From the NCBI GenBank assembly GCA_965657355.1, contig CBFHOE010000002.1, positions 224,001 through 288,000 on the forward strand: a stretch of DNA of 64,000 nucleotides, read 5' to 3'. Under the pieces are notes generated by a model. The model was given only the letters and a program-made list of their open reading frames with translations, was not told the origin of the DNA and did not search any database. Origin of the DNA: Limisphaerales bacterium. GTDB lineage: Bacteria > Verrucomicrobiota > Verrucomicrobiia > Limisphaerales > JAJOIW01. Shown piece after piece: positions 55,318 through 64,000 of this stretch; within the stretch, counting starts at the first letter, position 1; each line of letters starts with the position of its first letter. Position numbers and translations under genes: made by a program.

Positions 55318-57339
55318 TTATTTTTCGAGTAGTTTTTGTTCAATAGCTTTTACAACAAATTCAGCCAATAGTTCACTTCCTTTTGGGGTAAAATGAACGT
55401 CACCGGGGGCCCTGGTCAATTCATGGAATCGATGATTCGTGGCAGCATGTAAATCATTTATGGATATGCTATATTTATCCATGATCTTTTTTGCTCTTTC
55501 ATTGTAAAGAATTTCACTTCCTGCATACCTACCTGGCTCATTTTCAGGAACAGGCGTAGTAGAAGCCCAAATAAGTCGAGCGCGAGACCTTCTGAGCTTC
55601 TTGACGATTTGCTCTAACTGGACTTCATAATCATCCAGGTTAGTCGTCAAAACCCCTTTTCTTTTATCTCTTTTCCCTTGTATTTCCGATTCTGGATGGC
55701 GGTAGCACAAGTCGTGCAGCCCCCAATTAAAATGAATGACATCCCATCTATCCTCACCAAGCCAGTTATCTAATTTTGATAATCCATACTGAGTGTATCT
55801 AGCGTTACCAGGGTTGTGATGAATTTCCCATTCATCATCCCTCATGGCTTTGAGCGAGGACATAAAACCGATCGAAATGGAATCACCCAGTACAAGAACT
55901 CGAGGTTTCCTTGTTTCTTCATTTTCGGATGGCTGTTTGGTGCGAACAAAATCAGCTTTTTTTCTCCATTCATGCCACTTTCGAGCATATTTTTTTGTTA
56001 AAAGTGCTTGATCCTTGAGAAGGATATTTTGCTCGGGCTTGTCAATATCCGGACCGACGTCGTAGACAGCTTGTTTATTCTTTCCACCCAAATCGATCCA
56101 TTTCATATTTCCATGGCGTAGTGCTTTTTGGTTCCCATGCTGCCAATAGATAAATCTATCATTTGTCACAGGTGCTGTTTTTCTGAGAACATTGGAAAGA
56201 TCCAATCCGTCAATCATTCGCAGTCGTTGGTCTGGTATTTTTAACCCAGCGAATCCCGCGATCGTAGGAAAAAGGTCAATACCTGACATCAGTTGGGAGC
56301 ACTTAGATTGATGGCCCAAGGTTCCCGGCCATGAAAATATAGCAGGGACTCGGTGCCCACCCTCCCAAAGGCTTCCTTTAGTTCCTTTCCATGGTTTATT
56401 AGACCCAAGATTATTAGCCCCATTATCTGAAAAGAAAATAATGAGTGTGTTTTCCAGCTGATTTGTGTCCTTGAGAGCATTTAAAATATCACCCACACCT
56501 CGATCCATTGATTCCACCATTTCACGATAAGCCTCCTTTTTGTCTTTTCTTGATCCCGAGTTTGCAAACTTTCCACCTTCTGTTCTTTCAGCCGAATCGT
56601 TTGGCCCTTGGTAAGGGTAATGAGGTGCTTCGTGAGCAACGTATAGAAAAAAGGGGGTTTGGGAGTTTTTCTTTTTTGACTGAGCTCTGATGAAATCCAC
56701 AGAGAACCCTGAAATCAAATGAGTAACATACCCTTTTTCCTCTACAAAAGTTTTGTCGTGCCACCAATCAAATTGGCCACTTTGATCAATATGGGAAAAA
56801 AAATCTATATTACCACTGACATACCCCTTGAATTTATCAAAGCCTTGCCCGGTTGGATTATATTTCTTGTAGTATCCCAAATGCCATTTGCCGAAAATCG
56901 CAGTCTGGTAATGATTCGCCTTGAAAAATTCCGCAATTGTAAATTCTTCTGGTTGTAATCCGTTGATGTGCTGTGCGCGATTTGAATCAGCATAAACAAC
57001 CGAGTCAACTCCTGTTTTTTGAGGATATCGGCCAGTTAACCAAGCTCCACGCGTAGGACTACAGACAGCTCCATTGCTATGGAAGTCGCCCATTCTTATT
57101 CCTGAATCGGCGAGACTATCAATATTTGGGGTGGAAATCCATCCGCCATAGCAACTCAAATCTGAATAACCTAGGTCGTCAGCTAAAATAACGACTATAT
57201 TTGGACCAGTCCTTTGCGCCGCCTCAAAACCAAAGGCATGAGGCGCAATCTGAACAAGAAAAATCAGCAGGACAAACAAATCTCTTGTCAATATACTCAT
57301 TTGACGGGACATAAGCACAAACACTATCAAATCCAACAT
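55318..57339 (-). CDS. Arylsulfatase (Cys-type) fused to a C-terminal SGNH/GDSL hydrolase
   Basis: 'PNIVVILADDLG', CSPTR, 'FGKWHLG', 'APHYP', 'SDNG'; C-terminal 'LVLGDSISIG', 'HFNWGLHD', 'WASTTPV', 'DVHF'. Confidence 0.9.
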   Translation of the reverse strand: MLDLIVFVLMSRQMSILTRDLFVLLIFLVQIAPHAFGFEAAQRTGPNIVVILADDLGYSDLSCYGGWISTPNIDSLADSGIRMGDFHSNGAVCSPTRGAWLTGRYPQKTGVDSVVYADSNRAQHINGLQPEEFTIAEFFKANHYQTAIFGKWHLGYYKKYNPTGQGFDKFKGYVSGNIDFFSHIDQSGQFDWWHDKTFVEEKGYVTHLISGFSVDFIRAQSKKKNSQTPFFLYVAHEAPHYPYQGPNDSAERTEGGKFANSGSRKDKKEAYREMVESMDRGVGDILNALKDTNQLENTLIIFFSDNGANNLGSNKPWKGTKGSLWEGGHRVPAIFSWPGTLGHQSKCSQLMSGIDLFPTIAGFAGLKIPDQRLRMIDGLDLSNVLRKTAPVTNDRFIYWQHGNQKALRHGNMKWIDLGGKNKQAVYDVGPDIDKPEQNILLKDQALLTKKYARKWHEWRKKADFVRTKQPSENEETRKPRVLVLGDSISIGFMSSLKAMRDDEWEIHHNPGNARYTQYGLSKLDNWLGEDRWDVIHFNWGLHDLCYRHPESEIQGKRDKRKGVLTTNLDDYEVQLEQIVKKLRRSRARLIWASTTPVPENEPGRYAGSEILYNERAKKIMDKYSISINDLHAATNHRFHELTRAPGDVHFTPKGSELLAEFVVKAIEQKLLEK

Positions 57340-57590
57340 TTTTCTCCACAGAAATTACAATGAGATTGGATGAGAAAAATGCATCATGAGGCTGAAATTA
57401 ATTTCAATACATCTCAGGAATTCATCATTAGAGGGTGTTTTGAGGTTAAAACCTCGAGGAAATCAAATAGAGATCCAGAAAAAACAATATCCTTATCCAT
57501 GAAAAACCATCACATATCTCCTAGAGTTGCCAACAGAAGTTCTTTAGATTAGCATTTAATCTGCTTTACTCGTCTTATCGACTCACCATC

Positions 57591-59603
57591 ATGAAAATCT
57601 GGAAATACCACATAGCTCTTTTGTTATTTCTCCTCACGCCATTCTGTCTTCTTGCCCAGGCAGAAGAGACACTGACTGAGGATTCAGCTTCCGAAATTAT
57701 TACGCAGGCTGAAACCATCAACGAGGATTCAAGCGAACAAGAATCAGAATCTCCCGACCAGTCTACCGCGCCCAATCAGCCTGAATCAGAGGTGACGATA
57801 ACGAAATCTAATCAGGAGACTGATGATGCGGCCCCCGCTAACGAAAGGCAAGTTAAGGGAAAAAGCATAGACGAAAAAATAAATGCTTTCATGGAGCCAT
57901 TTACCAAGGCCTTTGCCAACATAATCTTCTGGCAAATTCATGTGAGCGAACAGAATTTCGAGGCCGAGAAAAAGTATGGAATAAAATGGAGTAAAGGTGA
58001 TCCTGAAGCAGAAATAGAATCAGGGCTACATATAGCTTTACCATTTCTGGATGACAAAGATCCGGGTAAGGAGAATTCCATTTCATTTCCTTTCGTTCTG
58101 GTATGGTTATTAGGAGCTGGTATCTGGGCCACATTCTACTTCGGATTCCCAAATCTAAGACTATTTGGACTCGCCGTTAAAACAGTTAGAGGAAAATACA
58201 GTGACGCCTCCAGCGAAGGAGAAGTGAGCCACTTTAAAGCCTTGACCACTGCCTTATCTGCAACTGTTGGGTTAGGAAACATAGCTGGTGTTGCGGTGGC
58301 CCTCAGCATAGGCGGTCCGGGAGCGATCGTCTGGATGATTATAGCCGGCTTCATCGGCATGTCGTCAAAGTTCGTGGAGTGTACCCTAGGTGTAAAATTT
58401 CGACAGATCGATTCAAAAGGAAAAGTACATGGCGGCCCGATGTATTACCTTTCAGAAGGATTCCGAAAACTGGGTCTCGGCGAAGTAGGAACACTTCTTG
58501 GTGGGATATTTGCCTTAATGTGTATTGGTGGAGCGATAGGCGGAGGGAATATATTCCAAGTTGGAAATGCTACAGACCAGATCGTTGCATTTCTAGACAA
58601 TCAATTTGTAGAAAAAACGACTGTGGTTACCCCCACTGAACCAGGAACTGAAGAAATTGGCGAAACTGAGCCGGGCTTGCTCGTTCAGAGTGCCGAGTTT
58701 TTGACACAGAACCGGTGGGTAATCGGTATTTTATTTGCGGCAATCACAGGCTTGGTCATCCTTGGTGGACTCGTTTGGATTGCCAACGTAACCAGTATCA
58801 TTGTCCCTTTCATGTGTGGCATTTATGTCTTATCTGCCCTGGTAATTATTGGGGCAAATATAACAGAGGTGCCAGGTGCCATTTCAGCGATCTTCACTGG
58901 AGCATTTATTAGGGTGGATGCTGATGTTGTCTCCGGAGGTATAATTGGTGCCATAATTGCCGGATTTAGAAGGGCAGCATTCTCAAATGAAGCTGGCATT
59001 GGCTCAGCAGCCATAGCCCACTCTGGAGTCAAAACAAACCATGCTGCAAGTGAGGGTATTGTCGCTCTGCTGGAACCATTTATCGATACCGTGGTCGTTT
59101 GCACAATGACGGCTCTGGTCATTGTCATATCCCTTGGAACCGAGTTACCTTACACGATTAATGGGGTAGAACTTGAAGGCATTGCCATCACAACTGAAGC
59201 TTTCAAACACAATTGGCAATGGATGGGGCATATCCTGACTTTAGCCGCTGTTCTGTTTGCCTTTTCAACAATGATAAGTTGGTCTTACTACGGCATGCAA
59301 TCGTGGAGTTTCCTATTCGGCCAATCGAAGATATCCCATCTAATCTACAAATTCATTTTCTTGACCTTCATAGTTGTCGGGTCGTCACTAAGTTTGGACC
59401 AGGTCGTCAATTTTTCAGATGCAATGATTTTCGCCATGGCCTTCCCAAATGTTTTTGCCATCATCTTCTTCTCTCCTATGGTAAAAGATGAGTTAAAGAA
59501 ATACCTGGCATATGTTTGGGATAAAGAAGCAGAGAACAGCCCTGATAAGGGCTCTCAAGATCCACCAAAAGAGAGTGATCCGGAGCCGGCTGCCGAGTCA
59601 TAA
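57591..59603 (+). CDS. Alanine/glycine:cation symporter (AGCS/AlsT family) with long acidic N-terminal extension
   Basis: 'ALSATVGLGNIAGVA...GGPGA', 'GGPMYYL', 'RAAFSNEAGIGSA', 'EPFIDT..VCTMT', 'FAFSTMISWSYYG'. Confidence 0.93.
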   Translation: MKIWKYHIALLLFLLTPFCLLAQAEETLTEDSASEIITQAETINEDSSEQESESPDQSTAPNQPESEVTITKSNQETDDAAPANERQVKGKSIDEKINAFMEPFTKAFANIIFWQIHVSEQNFEAEKKYGIKWSKGDPEAEIESGLHIALPFLDDKDPGKENSISFPFVLVWLLGAGIWATFYFGFPNLRLFGLAVKTVRGKYSDASSEGEVSHFKALTTALSATVGLGNIAGVAVALSIGGPGAIVWMIIAGFIGMSSKFVECTLGVKFRQIDSKGKVHGGPMYYLSEGFRKLGLGEVGTLLGGIFALMCIGGAIGGGNIFQVGNATDQIVAFLDNQFVEKTTVVTPTEPGTEEIGETEPGLLVQSAEFLTQNRWVIGILFAAITGLVILGGLVWIANVTSIIVPFMCGIYVLSALVIIGANITEVPGAISAIFTGAFIRVDADVVSGGIIGAIIAGFRRAAFSNEAGIGSAAIAHSGVKTNHAASEGIVALLEPFIDTVVVCTMTALVIVISLGTELPYTINGVELEGIAITTEAFKHNWQWMGHILTLAAVLFAFSTMISWSYYGMQSWSFLFGQSKISHLIYKFIFLTFIVVGSSLSLDQVVNFSDAMIFAMAFPNVFAIIFFSPMVKDELKKYLAYVWDKEAENSPDKGSQDPPKESDPEPAAES

Positions 59604-59698
59604 TTTTCTGGTAAGGCAACTTCATCCCGGAAAATTCAACGTCACGCTTCGGCCCTGTAGTCTTTATGGGGCTAAATTTTTTTAGGTATACAAAAAGT

Positions 59699-60520
59699 AT
59701 GAAATTTGACTGTCACATGCACACGCCGCTATGCGGCCATGCTATTGGAACGCCGTTAGAGTTTTTGAAAGCTGCTAAGGAAAAGGGATTAAAGCTTATT
59801 ACCATAACATGCCACGTGCCCATTGACTTACCCGAGTTCGGAGGCCCTAGAATTCGTATGCCAGAATCAGAATTCCCAAATTATTTAGCATGGGTTAATC
59901 AGGCTCGCGAAATTGGGCAAGCCATGGGGATTGATGTGCTGTATGGAATAGAAGGAGAGATCTTTCCAGAAAACCACATCCAATCGAGGATTGGAGATTT
60001 CATAACAAAGGAAAATTTCGACTATGTATTAGGGTCACTGCACCATCAACTCCCGTCTTACAGAAACCACATTGACTCAAGAGGCAGAATGAAAGATTCT
60101 GAAATTATAGAGGGGTATTTTCTTGAGTTATGCGAAGGAGCCCGTACGGGCATCTTCCACAGCATCGCGCATCCGGATGTCATTAGAATTTATGGGACAG
60201 TCCAACCTTTTGATCCTTCAGACTACGAAAAGGTAATTAGAGAATTCTTAAAAGTATGTCACCAAACAGACACTTGCATTGAGGTCAACACGAGTGGCCT
60301 GACAAAGGGAATTTTTGAAATTCACCCAGACCCCATAATAATGAAGTGGGCAAAGGAGGAGGAAGTTGAATTAACTATTGGGTCTGACGCCCATATGCCA
60401 CAATCGGTTGGACAATTTTTCGATAAAGCACTTAATCTGATAAAAATAGCTGGGCACGATCATTTAAATTATTTTTTGAATGGAAAACGTAAAAGGATCG
60501 ATATTAGTGCCATGGCCTGA
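59699..60520 (+). CDS. Histidinol-phosphatase, HisJ/PHP family
   Basis: 'DCHMHTPLCGHA.G', 'GIEGE', 'DYVLGSLH', 'AHPD', 'IEVNTSG', 'GSDAH.P'; ATG 59699 preferred over 59666. Confidence 0.85.
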   Translation: MKFDCHMHTPLCGHAIGTPLEFLKAAKEKGLKLITITCHVPIDLPEFGGPRIRMPESEFPNYLAWVNQAREIGQAMGIDVLYGIEGEIFPENHIQSRIGDFITKENFDYVLGSLHHQLPSYRNHIDSRGRMKDSEIIEGYFLELCEGARTGIFHSIAHPDVIRIYGTVQPFDPSDYEKVIREFLKVCHQTDTCIEVNTSGLTKGIFEIHPDPIIMKWAKEEEVELTIGSDAHMPQSVGQFFDKALNLIKIAGHDHLNYFLNGKRKRIDISAMA

Positions 60521-60561
60521 GTGGTTTTGCCCACACAAAATACTTATTCGATTTATCCTAT

Positions 60562-61248
60562 ATGAATTATTTGATTACTGGCACGTCGAAGGGGATTGGA
60601 GAAGGCCTCGCGTTGCATGCCCTTAAAAAGGGGCACAGTGTTATTGGGATCTCAAGAAGCAGATCTACTATTTTTCACAAAGACAATAATTATGCACACT
60701 TTCAAGCCGATGTCTCGGACTATCAAGACTTGTCCTCGGTGCTGCCTGAAATTTCTAAAAGATGGAGAAAAATCGACTCGTTGATAATAAATTCAGGTGT
60801 TTACCCTGAAGATGGGAAAACCCTTTTTGATAACATTGATATCAATCATTTTAAAAAAGCTGTAGATACTAACTATCTGGGATCAATCTATACCATAAAA
60901 GCCTTTCTTCCCCTTCTGGTGGAAGCCGACCACCCTAAAATAATAGGAATAGGATCTGGGGCTGGATCAATCTCAAACCTTCAGGAGAACAAAAGGTATT
61001 GCTATGGCCCAAGTAAATCGGCAATGCATATGTTTTTTAGGACATTGGCCTTCGAATTAACACCGCCTAAATGGATCACCTCACTTATCAGTCCAGGGTG
61101 GGTGCAGACAGATATGGGGGGGCCAGAGGCTGACTTATCCATTGAAGAGGTGGTTCCTGACCTTTTTTCAACTATTTCAAACTTATCAAAAGAGCAACAC
61201 GGTTTATTTTTAGATAGATTTGGAAAGTCAGACTCATACTCGTGGTAA
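60562..61248 (+). CDS. Short-chain dehydrogenase/reductase (CsgA/C-factor-like)
   Basis: 'ITGTSKGIG', 'INSG', 'YGPSK', 'SPGWVQTDMGG'. Confidence 0.9.
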   Translation: MNYLITGTSKGIGEGLALHALKKGHSVIGISRSRSTIFHKDNNYAHFQADVSDYQDLSSVLPEISKRWRKIDSLIINSGVYPEDGKTLFDNIDINHFKKAVDTNYLGSIYTIKAFLPLLVEADHPKIIGIGSGAGSISNLQENKRYCYGPSKSAMHMFFRTLAFELTPPKWITSLISPGWVQTDMGGPEADLSIEEVVPDLFSTISNLSKEQHGLFLDRFGKSDSYSW

Positions 61249-61493
61249 TCTTAAAGCCAACCCATGCGCACAGGAGTCTTGCGTGGCTGGGCTATCCTTT
61301 TAATGAAGTTTATTCGCCATTACACCAGTAAATAGAATTTTGCATTTCGCAAAATGCCCCCTAAGCCGGCAGATCAAATTCTAGGTTTAATTAATAAATT
61401 TTAAAAAAAGTGCGCTTCATTAAGCAACTCAGATCAAAGCTCTATTCTTTTTTAAAACAAATTAATGGTCAATGGCACTGCCGTAACATAGCC

Positions 61494-61529
61494 CAAAATA
61501 AGGCCATCCGCATAAATTGCGGATGGCCT
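61494..61529 (-). terminator. Rho-independent terminator of the copper-monooxygenase-like gene
   Basis: aggccatccgca-taaat-tgcggatggcct perfect 12-bp stem (61501-61529), followed on the minus strand by tatttt. Confidence 0.85.
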
Positions 61530-61576
61530 CTAAAATATCATGAGCGAATAATTTAAAGAAAGTTGGATATCAAAAA

Positions 61577-63355
61577 TTACTCAACCAGAGAGATAGTTTT
61601 ACTCCCGGAAAGATAATCATGTCCATCGATGAAGCTATACGTTGCAAAAAACATTTCCTCAAAACTCTGCTGTCCCCAGCCTATTTCTTTTTCAGGAGCG
61701 GGATTTGAAGGATTTAAAGCCGAGTTATCCCAAGCAGCATGAACGATGATCTTCGATCCAGCTGGAATTTCCAAAGGTTTGGCAAGATGGTAGTCCCTTT
61801 GCCAATTAAAATTATAATGCGGGACAGATAGAATAGTTTTTCGAGTCTTGTTTGGAAATTCTATTTCGTATGCCATGGCTTTGCCCCTCAAGTGCATGTG
61901 AGGATTCATGGAAAACAAGGTTATGTCATTATTTATATCAACAGATTGTGACCTTTTGTAATTACGATCATGTGGTTTTATTTTGAAGTCTTGATCGATT
62001 ACCAATCCCCCTTCCAATGTATGAATTGGAGGTTGTGCTAGAAGATAAAGCCCCATTGAAGAATTATCGACTTCGGCCGTCCCACACGTCGTGTAATGAA
62101 GTTCGAAAAGGAACCTTTGATTCTTTTTGAGCAACTTTCCTGTTTCAAGTGGAAAGTCTTTTGGTGTTGCACCTGGGGCGTATCCGGACATGAAGCCCAC
62201 TCTTCTCCAATCGCCATTTTGAAACTCTTCGAGGTACGCAATGATATGATGCAGGACCTTTGTATTACCTGGTTGAAAATGAACACCGCCGATCCAAGTG
62301 TCCTCGCTGAAAGGGTTATCTATGGCTATATATCTATAATCAACAACCCCCTCCGCCGGCACCTTTTGCTCTGGAATTTTTACAATATGCTGTGGCTCCC
62401 CCAAAGGCCACTTTGAAAATTTGGGGCGGTAATTCTTCAAAGGGTCTTCTTCGGCATCGCCAATCTTAGCTCCCGACCTCACCCAATGGATTAGCTTTTG
62501 TTTTTCTTCGATAGTGAGATCAATATTGCCCTCAAAGTGCCCGATATGCGGGTCAGCTTGCCAAGGGGGCATTCTTTCAGTCATAACGACTTCTTCAATC
62601 ATTTCGCTCCAACCTCTGACTTTTCTGTGGCTCGACATGGCGAATGAACCAATACCTCCTTTGGTATGGCAAGTTATACACTTTTGTTTCAATATTGGGA
62701 CAATGTCTTTAGCAAACTGAGGTGGATTTTCATTTAAATCCTTGAGCTCGGGAAATGAAATCTTACATCCTTTCACAGGGGCAGTAGTCAACTCAACTGG
62801 TGAACCTGAAATGAAATTTGTGAGTGCATCCTCAAGGTAGCTATTCTTTGCTGCTGGAAGCTCTTTTTCATAATTAAGGCGATCATCAATTGGACCTCGA
62901 AATTTTATTTTCCAATCCGCGGTATCAATAAGTAGGGTTTCGGAAGTTCTTTTCAAACCTAACATCTGCCCGACAAGTTGGTCCTCATCTATTAAAACAG
63001 GAACTGGGAACTCATATTCATTGGCCTCTTCAATGATTTCATCTCTAGTATCTTGGTAGCTGCTATTTATCATTAAGAACTTAATCCCCTTTTTAGAGTA
63101 TTTTTTATTAAGGGCCGCGATATGTGGGATCCGCTTTCTCACTATCGGACATCCATTTCCTTGGACAAATAGCACGATGGCCTGAGTATTAGGGTCATTT
63201 TCGTGGTAATAAAGATGATAGAATTCCCCTTTGTTTGTGAACAAGGCAAAATCACCAACTCCTTCAGAAGTGTTTTTTGATTCAGATGAACTTACTGAGC
63301 AAACCCCCGATAAAGTCAGGGCGAATACCAGAAATAGTCTTTTAAAAATAAGCAT
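61577..63355 (-). CDS. Exported fusion: redoxin (AhpC/TSA-like) + CxxCH + copper type II (PHM/DBH-like) monooxygenase domains
   Basis: N-terminal 'NGCPIVR...GIKFLMINS...FRGPIDD...GCKI'; 'CITCH...MPPW'; Cu ligands 'LHHII', 'ELHY', 'PHMHLRG' and 'EEMF'. Confidence 0.85.
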   Translation of the reverse strand: MLIFKRLFLVFALTLSGVCSVSSSESKNTSEGVGDFALFTNKGEFYHLYYHENDPNTQAIVLFVQGNGCPIVRKRIPHIAALNKKYSKKGIKFLMINSSYQDTRDEIIEEANEYEFPVPVLIDEDQLVGQMLGLKRTSETLLIDTADWKIKFRGPIDDRLNYEKELPAAKNSYLEDALTNFISGSPVELTTAPVKGCKISFPELKDLNENPPQFAKDIVPILKQKCITCHTKGGIGSFAMSSHRKVRGWSEMIEEVVMTERMPPWQADPHIGHFEGNIDLTIEEKQKLIHWVRSGAKIGDAEEDPLKNYRPKFSKWPLGEPQHIVKIPEQKVPAEGVVDYRYIAIDNPFSEDTWIGGVHFQPGNTKVLHHIIAYLEEFQNGDWRRVGFMSGYAPGATPKDFPLETGKLLKKNQRFLFELHYTTCGTAEVDNSSMGLYLLAQPPIHTLEGGLVIDQDFKIKPHDRNYKRSQSVDINNDITLFSMNPHMHLRGKAMAYEIEFPNKTRKTILSVPHYNFNWQRDYHLAKPLEIPAGSKIIVHAAWDNSALNPSNPAPEKEIGWGQQSFEEMFFATYSFIDGHDYLSGSKTISLVE

Positions 63356-63388
63356 CGTAATACCATTCGATCAAATTATGCTGCAAAA

Positions 63389-64000
63389 TCAAGTTTCTTT
63401 AGATTGAACAACTGCATTAATAGAACCAGATTTTAGCAAAATTTCAACTGAATCGCCTTTTCTAACTTGTTTGGCGTCTCGGACAACTGGCTTTTGGGGT
63501 AATTTTTCCCCAGCTTTTTCCAATCGGGTAATAGAAAAACCGCGATCTAAGGTCGATTTGGGCGAAAGAATCTCAATTTGAGACATGCATAGTTTCAACC
63601 TCTGCCTCAAGGAATCCAACTGAATTATGGTCGTATTGGATAGTCTTGAATGAATCTGAATCAAATGATTCTTCTTATTTTGCAACTCTGATTTGGGATA
63701 CCATTTCGAAAGTAAAAGTTTTTGAGATGCAAACTTATTGATTTTGCTTTGGAAACCGGATTGAACCGCCTTGTTAAGTTTGGAAGATAAATCATCTAAT
63801 CGCTGAAAATTTTGCTCCAAGTTCCTTCTTGGGTGTAATCGAGCATGCCTTTGATTGAGTGACTTCAGATTTTGTCTGAAAAGTCGAACTGATTGCTGGA
63901 AAACTCTAGATTGACGATGAAGGAGGTCTTCCAGGCGCTCCTTGGCCCTCACAAAGGGTTCTGTGATTATTTCAGCGGCTGCGCTCGGGGTGGCTGCTCT
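63389..64000 (-). CDS. xseA: Exodeoxyribonuclease VII large subunit, C-terminal part (gene starts beyond the window)
   Basis: Frame is open to the window edge and reads 'RAATPSAAAEII'; C-terminal 'LSPKSTLDRGFSI...V..GD.VEILL..G'. Confidence 0.92.
   Translation of the reverse strand, partial: RAATPSAAAEIITEPFVRAKERLEDLLHRQSRVFQQSVRLFRQNLKSLNQRHARLHPRRNLEQNFQRLDDLSSKLNKAVQSGFQSKINKFASQKLLLSKWYPKSELQNKKNHLIQIHSRLSNTTIIQLDSLRQRLKLCMSQIEILSPKSTLDRGFSITRLEKAGEKLPQKPVVRDAKQVRKGDSVEILLKSGSINAVVQSKET

Noticed and set aside
57340..57590. Glycine riboswitch upstream of the alanine/glycine symporter
   Set aside because: Only an isolated tctcagg (57412-18) is present; the GGAGA...CCGAAG elements and supporting stems are absent.
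61333..61383. Hammerhead ribozyme or TPP/fluoride riboswitch in the convergent gap
   Set aside because: The core consensus motifs (CUGANGA; CUGAGA/CCUGAU; GAUG...CUGAUG) are missing, and no start codon of a real gene lies downstream.
16756..63355. Functional link between the FBXO31-like domain (C-terminal amide reader in animals) and the PHM-like monooxygenase (amidation chemistry)
   Set aside because: The genes are about 44 kb apart with unrelated housekeeping genes between them, and no PAL-like lyase was identified. Nothing in the sequence links them.
1..64000. tRNA/rRNA genes, IS elements, prophage or defence systems
   Set aside because: No cloverleaf or rRNA-like segments were seen in the short intergenic gaps, and there are no transposase, integrase, phage or restriction/abortive-infection-like ORFs.

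Overview
Gene-dense bacterial chromosome segment with no sign of mobile DNA. It is most likely from a marine Verrucomicrobiota (PVC) genome; this is inferred from the PVC-type heme-binding dehydrogenase-like protein, five Cys-type sulfatases and the large secreted modular proteins. The left part (1-28 kb) is a carbohydrate/sulfate-ester catabolism region: CE6-like esterase, four sulfatases, PVC-type CxxCH protein, IolG-like dehydrogenase, lactonase-mutarotase fusion and a GH63-like glucosidase, plus two giant secreted proteins. The centre holds housekeeping genes (rpsO-pnp, tsaE-tsaB, ABC system, nhaA, queG, olsB/olsA-like pair, hrpA). The right part holds a 2108-aa metalloprotease, a sulfatase-SGNH fusion, an alanine/glycine symporter, a HisJ-family PHP, an SDR, a redoxin/cytochrome/copper-monooxygenase fusion and the 3' end of xseA. 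The most notable observations are: (1) an unannotated 26-aa, 50% Lys/Arg microprotein with its own promoter and terminator; (2) a membrane protein whose C-terminal domain resembles the EXECUTER/FBXO31 (DUF3506) domain and keeps the PxWVDG Trp; (3) a shared C-terminal 'SxxLxxW...FFR' motif on three unrelated giant secreted proteins, a candidate sorting signal; (4) a LITAF-like Zn-ribbon microprotein. No tRNA, rRNA, CRISPR array or transposase was seen. All family assignments come from motif recognition by eye, not from database searches.
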